From IMG/VR virus record IMGVR_UViG_3300027805_000001: a DNA stretch of 20,000 bases; one strand, written 5' to 3'. This DNA comes from an uncultured virus (IMG/VR IMGVR_UViG_3300027805_000001). Lineage: Duplodnaviria; Heunggongvirae; Uroviricota; Caudoviricetes. Position numbers and translations under genes: made by a program. Under the pieces are notes generated by a model. The model saw only the letters and a program-made list of their open reading frames with translations. It was not told the DNA's origin and did no database searches. Positions 8,688-16,112 of this stretch are shown in pieces (the stretch's first letter is position 1; each line of letters starts with the position of its first letter).

Positions 8688-8902
8688 GGTGTCTCGCGAA
8701 GATTGTTGCGCTCGAAGAGGTCATTGCGGAACTGGTTGAAGTCAGCCAACTTTCCAGTTTCATCACGGTAAACCCACCGACCACTCATCGGATTTCCGTT
8801 TGGCGTGGAACCATATTCACGACGAACCTGACCTCCACCCTGGACGGTGTAGCCGTAAATTTCAGGATCACCACCAACAGCCTGTATAAGTGTGTAATTC
8901 AT
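8684..8902 (-). CDS. Hypothetical protein (72 aa, MNYTLIQAVGG...)
   Basis: ATGA overlap with the downstream gene. ATG 8902 is preferred over TTG 8926 because a TGnTATAAT element lies between them. Confidence 0.65.
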   Translation of the reverse strand: MNYTLIQAVGGDPEIYGYTVQGGGQVRREYGSTPNGNPMSGRWVYRDETGKLADFNQFRNDLFERNNLRETP

Positions 8903-8909
8903 AATCTGG

Positions 8910-8918
8910 ATTATATCA
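8910..8918 (-). promoter_or_regulatory. Extended -10 promoter element TGATATAAT (early/middle, host sigma70-type)
   Basis: Perfect TGnTATAAT 7 nt upstream of ATG 8902, at the head of the glycosylase/exonuclease gene block. Confidence 0.6.
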
Positions 8919-8937
8919 CAACCCAAACAGAAATGTA

Positions 8938-9825
8938 TTACAACCTGACTAAAGCGTACCCTGAGTACGTGGTAGTGAATGTTACAGTTAGCTGATTTGC
9001 TGAAGTGTACGTTACGTCTGACGGTAGAATTGGCTTGAACTCCCCTGCCCCAACATCAACGAAAAAGGAGGCATCAACAATGAACGGGCTGGATGCATTC
9101 AGATTATGGTTTATTGTCCATGTTGAAGCTGCCACGGATTGCGTGTGCCTAAAAGACCCAGAAACAGAAGATGCAGCCGCCAAGGATGTCCAAGTTGCGC
9201 CGTTCCAAACCCTAAGCTCTGACGTTGTGGTGTTAAACCACGTTTGACCAACGAACGGAGAAGTGGGGGCTGATGATCCTGCGAAATTCTGCGCCTGTCT
9301 TGTTAGGTTTTGTAGAAATATTTCTCCCCATCCAGTAAATGAATTTCCTGGAAAATCGATAGGTCGATCTTCAATGATTGTCTGAGGCGGAACAATGATT
9401 GGATTTTGACCTACAACAAATAGAAAGTAGGTGCTTACGTTGGTAATAAAACCAGAAGTCAGGTGCGACGCGGTTGCTGGAGGACCAACTGGTTCATTTA
9501 CGCGAATAACTGTCTGTCCAGCAGAAAACTGTGAAGATGGCAGTCCGCTAATCGATGGCTGTGTGAATACCGTGTAGGTGCCTTCATAGCTTGCATTATC
9601 CACCACCCTAAAGGTAGTTGCCTTTATAAGTGAGTAACCTGCTGGAGGCGTTTCGCCACTTGCGACTGTGTAAAAAGGAAGAGAATTTCCAGCAGCATCT
9701 CTGTAATTTTTACCCTGAAAAATGGCGGTCCAGTTTCCACTTGGATTGTCGGGGTGGGAACCAACTGTGAAGGTTCCAGGATTTACTCCCGACTGGGTGA
9801 TGTTCAAAATTTGAATTCGGCGCAT
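8938..9825 (-). CDS. Virion structural protein (fibre/baseplate-associated type)
   Basis: Rich in S/T/G/V. Motifs 'GWGEIFLQNL...NFAGSSAPTSPFVGQTWFNTTTSELRVWNGATW' and 'HTQSVAASTWTINHNL' are typical of phage tail/structural proteins. Late promoter upstream. Confidence 0.75.
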   Translation of the reverse strand: MRRIQILNITQSGVNPGTFTVGSHPDNPSGNWTAIFQGKNYRDAAGNSLPFYTVASGETPPAGYSLIKATTFRVVDNASYEGTYTVFTQPSISGLPSSQFSAGQTVIRVNEPVGPPATASHLTSGFITNVSTYFLFVVGQNPIIVPPQTIIEDRPIDFPGNSFTGWGEIFLQNLTRQAQNFAGSSAPTSPFVGQTWFNTTTSELRVWNGATWTSLAAASSVSGSFRHTQSVAASTWTINHNLNASSPFIVDASFFVDVGAGEFKPILPSDVTYTSANQLTVTFTTTYSGYALVRL

Positions 9826-9852
9826 ATGATTCCCGTGATTTTTGGCGTTAGA

Positions 9853-9860
9853 TATTTATT
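9853..9860 (-). promoter_or_regulatory. Putative late promoter (AATAAATA)
   Basis: TAAATA core 27 nt upstream of ATG 9825, overlapping the upstream gene's TAA stop. Confidence 0.55.
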
Positions 9861-10161
9861 CACGGGTATTTTTGCTCTGGTGGTGCAGCCAATCCCAAAT
9901 CTTGTGGTGCTTTACGCGCTTACGATCATCTAGGTCAGACTGTTTAATATCATCGCTATCGATGAGAAAATCTAGGACGACAAGGATGTCACCAAGCTCC
10001 TGCACAAGCCGCTGGCGATTGGTATAAGATGGCTCAAATGGGTTGACACTTTCGTAGCCATGGCGAAGGATCTTGCCAGCTATCTGCTGTGCCTCACCCA
10101 GCTCCTCGATGAGAAGGGCAAGACGCTCAGCTTCAGCGGGAGTCAGTTGATTATAGTGCAT
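9856..10161 (-). CDS. MazG-like nucleotide pyrophosphohydrolase
   Basis: 'LLIEELGEAQQ...K..RHG...LVQELGDIL' EExxE / ExxD all-alpha NTP-PPase motif. Confidence 0.75.
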   Translation of the reverse strand: MHYNQLTPAEAERLALLIEELGEAQQIAGKILRHGYESVNPFEPSYTNRQRLVQELGDILVVLDFLIDSDDIKQSDLDDRKRVKHHKIWDWLHHQSKNTRE

Positions 10162-10969
10162 CTACTCTTCCCAAAAACTTCAGTCGATATGAGCCGTACT
10201 TGGAGTAATGCTCCTGCTGGCAGAAGCGCTTAAATGCGTCCTCACAGTTTTCATGCGGCAGTGCTTCACACCCAGTACCAAGTACTCCTCCCTTCCATGA
10301 GCCTTTTTCTTTCCCGGTCTCAGTAGAGAAATTAATGTCAACTGATCGCCAAATCCTGGACTTCCTAAAGAGCGAAATCCACTTGAAGTAACCAGTTCCC
10401 AGCTTATACTCAGTTTCTTTTAGAAAGCAGGTTGCGACAACCTTAGTGCCATCATAATCCTGAACTTCAAAGCTGATCTTTGGTACTGCCTTTTCTACTT
10501 CCCGCACTTTATCAAAATCTGCTTTTTCATCAATGTGGCAGAAAAGATCTCCAGCAGGTGTGAAGAATGTCCGGCGGATCAGACGCCACTGGGTCCAAGG
10601 CAGAAAGCAAGACCACTCTTTGCTTTCACCAGAACCATCCTCACGCCGGACTCCATAGAATACCTGGAGAAAACCTTCATGGAGGCTAAATCCATACTCA
10701 CGAGGGTAGCAGCTGTAGTACCAGTCTCTGCCTATCCTCGCGATTGTTTCTGCATTCCAAGTGGTTGCCTTGGTCTTAACTCTGTAGTGGCGAATCATTC
10801 TAGGCAGCTCTACTTTTGCTGCCCATCCAAACGCGTAGATGGTAAGATTAGGGTCTTCCTTTTCTTCCCAGTTATCACCTGAAGAAAGAACTAACCGTAT
10901 AGGGTTCCAACCAACCTTGCCCCACCTAAAAGGTCCAAACCTCTTCTCGCCATCTACTTGCTTTCCCAT
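10151..10969 (-). CDS. Hypothetical protein (272 aa, Trp/Gly/Lys-rich)
   Basis: Long ORF with AAGGAG RBS, tightly packed between neighbours. No family recognised. Confidence 0.8.
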   Translation of the reverse strand: MGKQVDGEKRFGPFRWGKVGWNPIRLVLSSGDNWEEKEDPNLTIYAFGWAAKVELPRMIRHYRVKTKATTWNAETIARIGRDWYYSCYPREYGFSLHEGFLQVFYGVRREDGSGESKEWSCFLPWTQWRLIRRTFFTPAGDLFCHIDEKADFDKVREVEKAVPKISFEVQDYDGTKVVATCFLKETEYKLGTGYFKWISLFRKSRIWRSVDINFSTETGKEKGSWKGGVLGTGCEALPHENCEDAFKRFCQQEHYSKYGSYRLKFLGRVDAL

Positions 10970-10971
10970 GG

Positions 10972-11415
10972 TTACTCCTTAAGAGCCCTAGGGATCAGAC
11001 CGACGTTGTCCTCATGAGTTGGAGCCTTCCAACCTTCAGGCTTGATGAGGTCAGGAAACCCATAGGGATTGGGTCGACCAGGCTTGACACCAGGTTCCTT
11101 CGCCATGTTGGCTTCATGCACACGAGCCCATGCTTCATAGGCATCCACTTCAAAGGCATCAAGCGTACCAATTGCAAAGACGATGGCATCAATCAGCGCA
11201 TCAACAACACCGTCGGCATCCTTGTTTGCATATGCTTGATGAGCCTCATTGACTTCCTCCTGCACCATGTCAAGACGGAACTTGAGGTAGTCACGAAGCT
11301 GCGCATCACTTAGTGTTTGAACAACCTTGTTGACACCGAACTTGGTGTGCATGTCTTGGATGTCAGCTGCCCAATCGCCTTCGACTGTAAAATCAATACC
11401 GGGTTCAAAGTTCAT
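10972..11415 (-). CDS. MazG-like / PRA-PH-family nucleotide pyrophosphohydrolase (DR2231-type dUTPase-like)
   Basis: 'MVQEEVNE...VVDALIDAIVFAIG...VHEANMAK...LIKPEGWKAP' motifs. Start set to ATG 11415 (MNFEPG) because of the TAGGAG RBS. Confidence 0.85.
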   Translation of the reverse strand: MNFEPGIDFTVEGDWAADIQDMHTKFGVNKVVQTLSDAQLRDYLKFRLDMVQEEVNEAHQAYANKDADGVVDALIDAIVFAIGTLDAFEVDAYEAWARVHEANMAKEPGVKPGRPNPYGFPDLIKPEGWKAPTHEDNVGLIPRALKE

Positions 11416-11465
11416 AGTTGCTCCTATAGAAAAGGAGCATAAGATATTGTATCCAGTTGCTCCTA
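11416..11465 (-). promoter_or_regulatory. Leader with duplicated SD sequence and an intervening anti-SD; TACAAT -10-like element
   Basis: TAGGAGCAACT occurs twice (11455-11465, 11416-11426). The complementary TGCTCCT lies between them (11433-11439). TACAAT at 11446-11451. Confidence 0.5.
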
Positions 11466-11480
11466 CGTGCAAACACTGTT

Positions 11481-11933
11481 TTAGGTTAAAAGCGGTAGCA
11501 CCTTGCTAAGTGGTACGCGGTAACTTCTTTCCTGCACCCATCCACTTTCAAGCAACCTCCACTTCATAAACTTTGATGGTTCAACAAAGTTGTTGAAGGT
11601 GCTGAACGAAATCTGACCAAGAAAGCGGGCGCTGTGGAGATCAAGCTGCAAAACGATGTCGTAGACAACATCTCTTCCGGCTTCAATCTCGGCTAGAGCG
11701 AACTCAACTTCTGAGTTGGGAATAGAAAGCCAGGTTCCAGCAGAGCTCTTGATCTCATGATAGTAGCCATCTAAGAAGTAATCATGCGGATCAAATCGAC
11801 TAGATGGAACCGCTCCAACAAGGGTCACCGCTTCTTTGATGGCGGCGTCGACAGCCTGCCCTATATCTGATTCCCGGTCTCTTCCTGGAATATCATAGTG
11901 CTTAGGTTGTAGGTGAATGATGCGCTCAGCCAT
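11481..11933 (-). CDS. Hypothetical protein, possible PD-(D/E)xK nuclease fold
   Basis: 'FDPHDYFLDGYYHEIKSS' resembles the D...ExK catalytic motif, and 'SIPNSEVEFA' resembles motifs of DUF3883-like nucleases. Confidence 0.55.
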   Translation of the reverse strand: MAERIIHLQPKHYDIPGRDRESDIGQAVDAAIKEAVTLVGAVPSSRFDPHDYFLDGYYHEIKSSAGTWLSIPNSEVEFALAEIEAGRDVVYDIVLQLDLHSARFLGQISFSTFNNFVEPSKFMKWRLLESGWVQERSYRVPLSKVLPLLT

Positions 11934-12075
11934 AGATGCTGTGGTGGGTTACTGACCATTTGTTGAGAAGTTTATAACAGACTTCGCACCGCGAAGAGTA
12001 TGAAGCTTGAGCTTCTGTCTCAAGCTGTCTCAAGCTGTCTCTTACAGAGATGAGATGTGATAGATCTTTAGCCAT
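11926..12075 (-). CDS. Possible small protein (49 aa, MAKDLSHLISVRDSLRQLETEAQASYSSRCEVCYKLLNKWSVTHHSIYG)
   Basis: Manual translation, below the ORF-track cutoff. Fills the intergenic gap, overlaps the next start by 8 nt, has a CxxC, and has TACAAT 5 nt upstream of the ATG. Confidence 0.35.
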   Translation of the reverse strand: MAKDLSHLISVRDSLRQLETEAQASYSSRCEVCYKLLNKWSVTHHSIYG

Positions 12076-12120
12076 GATCTATTGTATCTAGACAGCGTAA
12101 AAACCTATCCTAAAGCTAGG

Positions 12121-12591
12121 TCAACAATTTATGGAGTAAGGCACGTCGCCGATTGAGTTCTTAAATGCATCGGTCATTTTGTCCAAAAATGCAAAGAACT
12201 CTTCGTCTTCCATTTCACCAAGGTGGTGTCCAAGCTCAATCATGAATGTGTAGCGCCACTCGGTGACGCTGATCGCGCCGCGCGGTCGAGCACGGGTCAA
12301 CGAATATCTGTCAATGCTAAGATTAATAAGTTTCATATCTTTCAGCAGCTTCTTCGCAAGAGCCTGAAAACTGGGAGGCTTGAGCGCAGGTGAAGCCTGA
12401 AAGTCAACCACGAATTCCAAGGTTGGCGCTTCTGTGTCAAAGCACGCATCTGCCTGCGTGATGCAACCTGTATCTTTTTCCAAGCACGCCTTATTAATGT
12501 TCTTTGACAGTTCAGCAAAGAACCTACCAAGCTGGATAGCTAGCGCGTTAAGAGGTAGAAGAGATGTTTCAAAAAGTTCTTTTGTTTTCAT
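12121..12591 (-). CDS. Hypothetical protein (156 aa), paralog of 12649..13089; possible internal head protein
   Basis: Starts MKTKELFET. 'LAIQLGRFFAELSKNINKACLEKD' and C-terminal 'FKNSIGDVPYSIN' align by eye with the neighbour. Confidence 0.8.
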   Translation of the reverse strand: MKTKELFETSLLPLNALAIQLGRFFAELSKNINKACLEKDTGCITQADACFDTEAPTLEFVVDFQASPALKPPSFQALAKKLLKDMKLINLSIDRYSLTRARPRGAISVTEWRYTFMIELGHHLGEMEDEEFFAFLDKMTDAFKNSIGDVPYSINC

Positions 12592-12648
12592 TGTGAATCC
12601 AATAATACGGTAAATGTATTTGTGACCATGCAGTCTGAGAAGCTGAGA

Positions 12649-13089
12649 TCACGGCGCTTTGTTTATGGTGTACTCAATGCCACCAATATTCGCGGTAAAG
12701 GACTTCTCAATCGCCGTGGCGATGGCGTTTAAGTTTTCTGAAAAATCTGAAACGTCAACAGAAAAATCAAAGCTCCAGTCATGTTCGCCTTCTTTTACCA
12801 ACCAATGGGATATTTTGAGAAAACCAAGCTTGTATTTTTCCTTTAGTTCCTTGATTATGGAACCAGGTGTTGGAGGCGTCAGCTTTGGTTCACCCTTAGG
12901 TATGAAGTAAAAAAGAAGATTCAGCTGATCGGTGTTGGTCATCAAGCTTAAGGTCATGAATGTTTCGCTGTCTTTCTCTAGAAGAGCATCTCGTACCCGG
13001 TGAGCTAGATCGGCATAAAAGCGACCAATCTGAATTCCGATTACGTTAGGTGGAACAAGTGTGTTCTCGAAAAGCTCAGCTGTCTTCAT
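12649..13089 (-). CDS. Hypothetical protein (146 aa), paralog of 12121..12591; possible internal head protein
   Basis: Starts MKTAELFEN. Contains 'IGIQIGRFYADLAHRVRDALLEKD' and 'FTANIGGIEYTIN'. Late promoter core upstream. Confidence 0.8.
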   Translation of the reverse strand: MKTAELFENTLVPPNVIGIQIGRFYADLAHRVRDALLEKDSETFMTLSLMTNTDQLNLLFYFIPKGEPKLTPPTPGSIIKELKEKYKLGFLKISHWLVKEGEHDWSFDFSVDVSDFSENLNAIATAIEKSFTANIGGIEYTINKAP

Positions 13090-13111
13090 TTGCTATCCAA
13101 AAGCGTTTGAC

Positions 13112-13119
13112 TATTTAGT
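13112..13119 (-). promoter_or_regulatory. Putative late promoter (ACTAAATA)
   Basis: TAAATA core 22 nt upstream of ATG 13089. Confidence 0.55.
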
Positions 13120-13202
13120 AGAAGCTACCATGACATCTCAATTAAATTTCCTTAATCACGCATCCTGCTTTTAATATTCGTAAAATACACGCCCGCTCTA
13201 TG

Positions 13203-13235
13203 TACCAGCGCTTCTTGCAGCAAGAAGCGCTGGTA
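13203..13235. repeat. Perfect 16-bp inverted repeat (possible terminator or processing hairpin)
   Basis: TACCAGCGCTTCTTGC-A-GCAAGAAGCGCTGGTA, 5 nt past the stop of 13241..14572. No U-tract on the minus strand. Confidence 0.85.
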
Positions 13236-13240
13236 GAAAT

Positions 13241-14572
13241 TTAAATACTCTTCCCTTTAAAAAGCCAGGTTGTTGACCCTGGATCGTGGATCTTTGTGAG
13301 AGTTTTTAGATCAGCACCGGTTCTTTTAGCGCGAAGAACGCTTGCTCTCCACTTTAGATGTTTCCCATCTGGCCAAATGAATGATGGAGATAAAGAGGAT
13401 GAAATTTTCTCAAATCCTAGGTGTTCATACATTTTTCCAGAACCCCACCTGTTAAGAGAATATGAAATAACACTTGGGAAGTTGTGTGTCTTCATCCAGG
13501 AAGTAAACAGTCTGCTTGCTGCTCCTGGTATGCAGTAGCCTCCCCTCACCGCGTATCTAAGAAGTTCATATTCCGCAATAGCCTGCTTATATCTTGGCGA
13601 GCAAAATGTCATTACAGCTAATAATTCTGATTCTAGATATAGACCTAATGCGCTCTTAGAGCTTGCATATCCTTGAACATGCCATCGCTCTAAGAATGTC
13701 TTTTCTTCATCTTTTGTAACCTCTTTTAGTTCAAGCTTTCTGGCGCCAATTCTTATTCCCGCCTCACCTAGCTGAAATTTTAAACGAGAAATTACTGCAT
13801 CTGGAGTTTTCCAGTATTCAGATTCTCGGATAGTTACCTGCTCGACATCGAAAACATTTTCGTAGTCATGAACTACTCTACCCTTCCACCCAGGTACTTG
13901 CTGATTTAGGATAGAAGAAACCGTGCTGCTGTACAGTAGCTTTTGAGCTTCCTCATTTGAAATATTTTTTCTTCCCTTTTCTAAATTTTGTTCCATTGGA
14001 AGCATCTGCAGGTTGTTGACGCTTGATGCAACTTCAGCAGGTATCTGATTCTTAAAACACCATATTACAGAAACCTTATGGTCTAGATGAAACGTACCTC
14101 TCGTTCTACCACGCCTTAGATTGAGAGGATTAATAATGTGCTTATTTTTCTTGTATGTTTGTTCTGAAAGTCTTCTAACTTTTTTGCCATATTCAGCAAA
14201 TAGATTTAGATCATAATCAGCAGAGTACTTGTGCAGATACCCCTGCATAGCCTTGTTTATTCTTTTTTCTCCCCCGCACCACCGACAGGGAGTTGCTGAA
14301 CCGCGAGAAAGCTGCTTCAAGATATTTGGATACGTTGGTGAAAATTCTCTCTTACAGCATGGTGGGAGGAGAGAATATTGCCTGTGCCCAGTTGAAGTCA
14401 TTTCAGGTTCTTTTAAAATTTGGTATCCTAGATCTTCAAGGTGTTGTTTTTCTTGAGCTATCTTATTTTTCTTTTTAATTTCTACGGTACAAGTTGAGCA
14501 GGTGCTGCATTTAGATGCAGTAAATTCGACAGCCCCGCAGCTATCACAGATCCTATTTCTCCATTTTGGCAT
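13241..14572 (-). CDS. Endonuclease-type protein: Zn-fingers + HNH-like domain + Hef/Mom-like (GNAT-fold) C-terminal domain
   Basis: N-terminal CxxC pairs. 'FHLDHKVS...NNLQMLPMEQNLEK' resembles the HNH motif of 1082..1822. C-terminal 'GARKLEL...FLERWHVQGY...LGLY...LLAVMTF...YELLRYA...PGAASRLF...VISYS...GSGKMYEHLGF' is typical of phage Hef-like proteins. AT-rich. Confidence 0.75.
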   Translation of the reverse strand: MPKWRNRICDSCGAVEFTASKCSTCSTCTVEIKKKNKIAQEKQHLEDLGYQILKEPEMTSTGHRQYSLLPPCCKREFSPTYPNILKQLSRGSATPCRWCGGEKRINKAMQGYLHKYSADYDLNLFAEYGKKVRRLSEQTYKKNKHIINPLNLRRGRTRGTFHLDHKVSVIWCFKNQIPAEVASSVNNLQMLPMEQNLEKGRKNISNEEAQKLLYSSTVSSILNQQVPGWKGRVVHDYENVFDVEQVTIRESEYWKTPDAVISRLKFQLGEAGIRIGARKLELKEVTKDEEKTFLERWHVQGYASSKSALGLYLESELLAVMTFCSPRYKQAIAEYELLRYAVRGGYCIPGAASRLFTSWMKTHNFPSVISYSLNRWGSGKMYEHLGFEKISSSLSPSFIWPDGKHLKWRASVLRAKRTGADLKTLTKIHDPGSTTWLFKGKSI

Positions 14573-14601
14573 TGTTGTCTCAAACTAAAGTTAGCGTTGT
14601 G

Positions 14602-14609
14602 TATTTATA
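14602..14609 (-). promoter_or_regulatory. T4-type late promoter TATAAATA
   Basis: Perfect consensus 29 nt upstream of ATG 14572. Confidence 0.7.
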
Positions 14610-14719
14610 CACTAGAAATGCGCTGAATACTATTAGATTTCAGATTTATGAGGTGGGCTATTTGCTACGGTAATACAGGAAATAGCACCGAATATGACTA
14701 GATTAGTGTGATGAAAAGG

Positions 14720-14747
14720 AAAAAGGGCGATCAATGATCGCCCTTTT
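14720..14747 (-). terminator. Rho-independent terminator downstream of the major capsid gene (possibly bidirectional)
   Basis: AAAAGGGCGATC-AAT-GATCGCCCTTTT hairpin with T-runs on both strands, about 35 nt after the capsid stop. Confidence 0.85.
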
Positions 14748-14781
14748 GGAAAAAGTTGTTGTACTACAACAACTTAGAACA

Positions 14782-16083
14782 TCAGCTAAATGCGACGTTC
14801 TGCACTCTGAGGCGTGCGTAGTAATCCGCACTGTTACCCAGCGACGTGGCTGTGTTCGTGAACGTAGCCTTGCCGTAACGGGTCATCAGGGAAACTGCTG
14901 GCATGAACGTGTTGGCGTCCATAACAACACCAGTGCTCATCAGAGGAACGTATGGGCAGTAGAAGTAGCCGCTGTCGAGTTCCGAAGCACCACCCTTGAA
15001 GCCCATGAGAATGTCTTCGCCCTGATCACCAGCGGCGTTCACCATGCCGACTGGAGAACCAGTAGAAGGCAGCTGCCATGCATCCTGGAGACCCCAGTTG
15101 TAGGTGTAAACCTTGATAGCACCGTTCAGCGTACCAACGAGGCGGTTACCGATTGGAGCATCGAAGGTACCCGAAACAGCAGGAGCGAAGACCGACTTAG
15201 CGGCGCTCTGGAGCATCGAGGTGATCAGGTGACCACCGACCAGCCAATTAGCAGGTCCACGACGGGTCTTGGCACCGATTTCATTGGCCATCTTGTTGAT
15301 CAGAATACCGAGGTGGGCATAACGATCACCGATGTAGTTAGGTGCAAAGCCTGGAGTTGGGGCAGCAAAGTCATACGTCGAAACGCTGTTTGCGAGAGCC
15401 AGCAGGTCGGTCAGGATTTCGTTGTCGATTTCGTGAGCGATCTGAGCTGACAGAGCAGCGGTGAGTTCCGACTCAAGGTCAAGGCCGTGCTGAGCGTTCA
15501 GGTCCTGAGCGGCTTCCATCGTCCAGCGAGCTTGCAGCTTACGCGAGCCAGCGGTAATGGTCTGCTTCAGAACGCTAAGGCGCATTGACTTACCACCGAA
15601 GCCTTCGTAGTTAGCTGTTGAAGCAGCCAGACCGTTCGAAGTAGCAGCAGTCAGAGCAGGAGGATAGCCGGTGGTACCGACATTGGCGCTCGAGTAGAAG
15701 CGCTTCATCTTGCTGTAGGCGTTGTTCTGAACACCACCAAAAGCTTCGTCGCCAGCAGCGATGTCAGCAGCTGGAGCTGGGTTGTCGCTAGCTTCAGCGA
15801 AAGCAAAACGCAGCGAGTAAACCAGACCAACTGGACCGGTCATTGGCTGAACGCCAACGAGGTCAGATGAAATTGTACCTGGGAGGATACGACGGATCAT
15901 CGGAATGACGATCTTCTGGAAGTTGCTGATGTCAGCTGCTTGGTTAGCGGAGGCTGGGAAAGCTGTTTCAGCCAGGTACTGCTTTTGGTTTTCGAGCAGA
16001 GTGGCAACAACCTTCTTCTTTGAACCCTGGAGGCCTTCAAGAAGAGCCTCTTTGGTCTCTTGCCAGTTTTCAATGAGTTGCAT
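14782..16083 (-). CDS. gp23: Major capsid protein, T4 gp23-like
   Basis: 'ATLLENQ', 'DLVGVQPMTGPVGLVYSLR', 'SRKLQARWTMEAAQDLNAQHGLDLESEL...EIDNEI', 'G.FYCPYVPL...F.PAVSLMTRYG'. AAGGAG RBS and strongly biased codon usage. Confidence 0.97.
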   Translation of the reverse strand: MQLIENWQETKEALLEGLQGSKKKVVATLLENQKQYLAETAFPASANQAADISNFQKIVIPMIRRILPGTISSDLVGVQPMTGPVGLVYSLRFAFAEASDNPAPAADIAAGDEAFGGVQNNAYSKMKRFYSSANVGTTGYPPALTAATSNGLAASTANYEGFGGKSMRLSVLKQTITAGSRKLQARWTMEAAQDLNAQHGLDLESELTAALSAQIAHEIDNEILTDLLALANSVSTYDFAAPTPGFAPNYIGDRYAHLGILINKMANEIGAKTRRGPANWLVGGHLITSMLQSAAKSVFAPAVSGTFDAPIGNRLVGTLNGAIKVYTYNWGLQDAWQLPSTGSPVGMVNAAGDQGEDILMGFKGGASELDSGYFYCPYVPLMSTGVVMDANTFMPAVSLMTRYGKATFTNTATSLGNSADYYARLRVQNVAFS

Positions 16084-16112
16084 AGTGTTTCTCCTTGTGA
16101 GATGTTGGCAGA

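Noticed and set aside
12015..12041. Short direct repeat CTGTCTCAAG x2.7 as an origin/iteron or ncRNA
   Set aside because: Too short and too few copies. It lies within a plausible 49-aa ORF and has no supporting structure.
14734..15450. 238-aa plus-strand ORF opposite the major capsid gene
   Set aside because: Antisense to a highly conserved gene with biased codon usage, and it starts inside a terminator hairpin.
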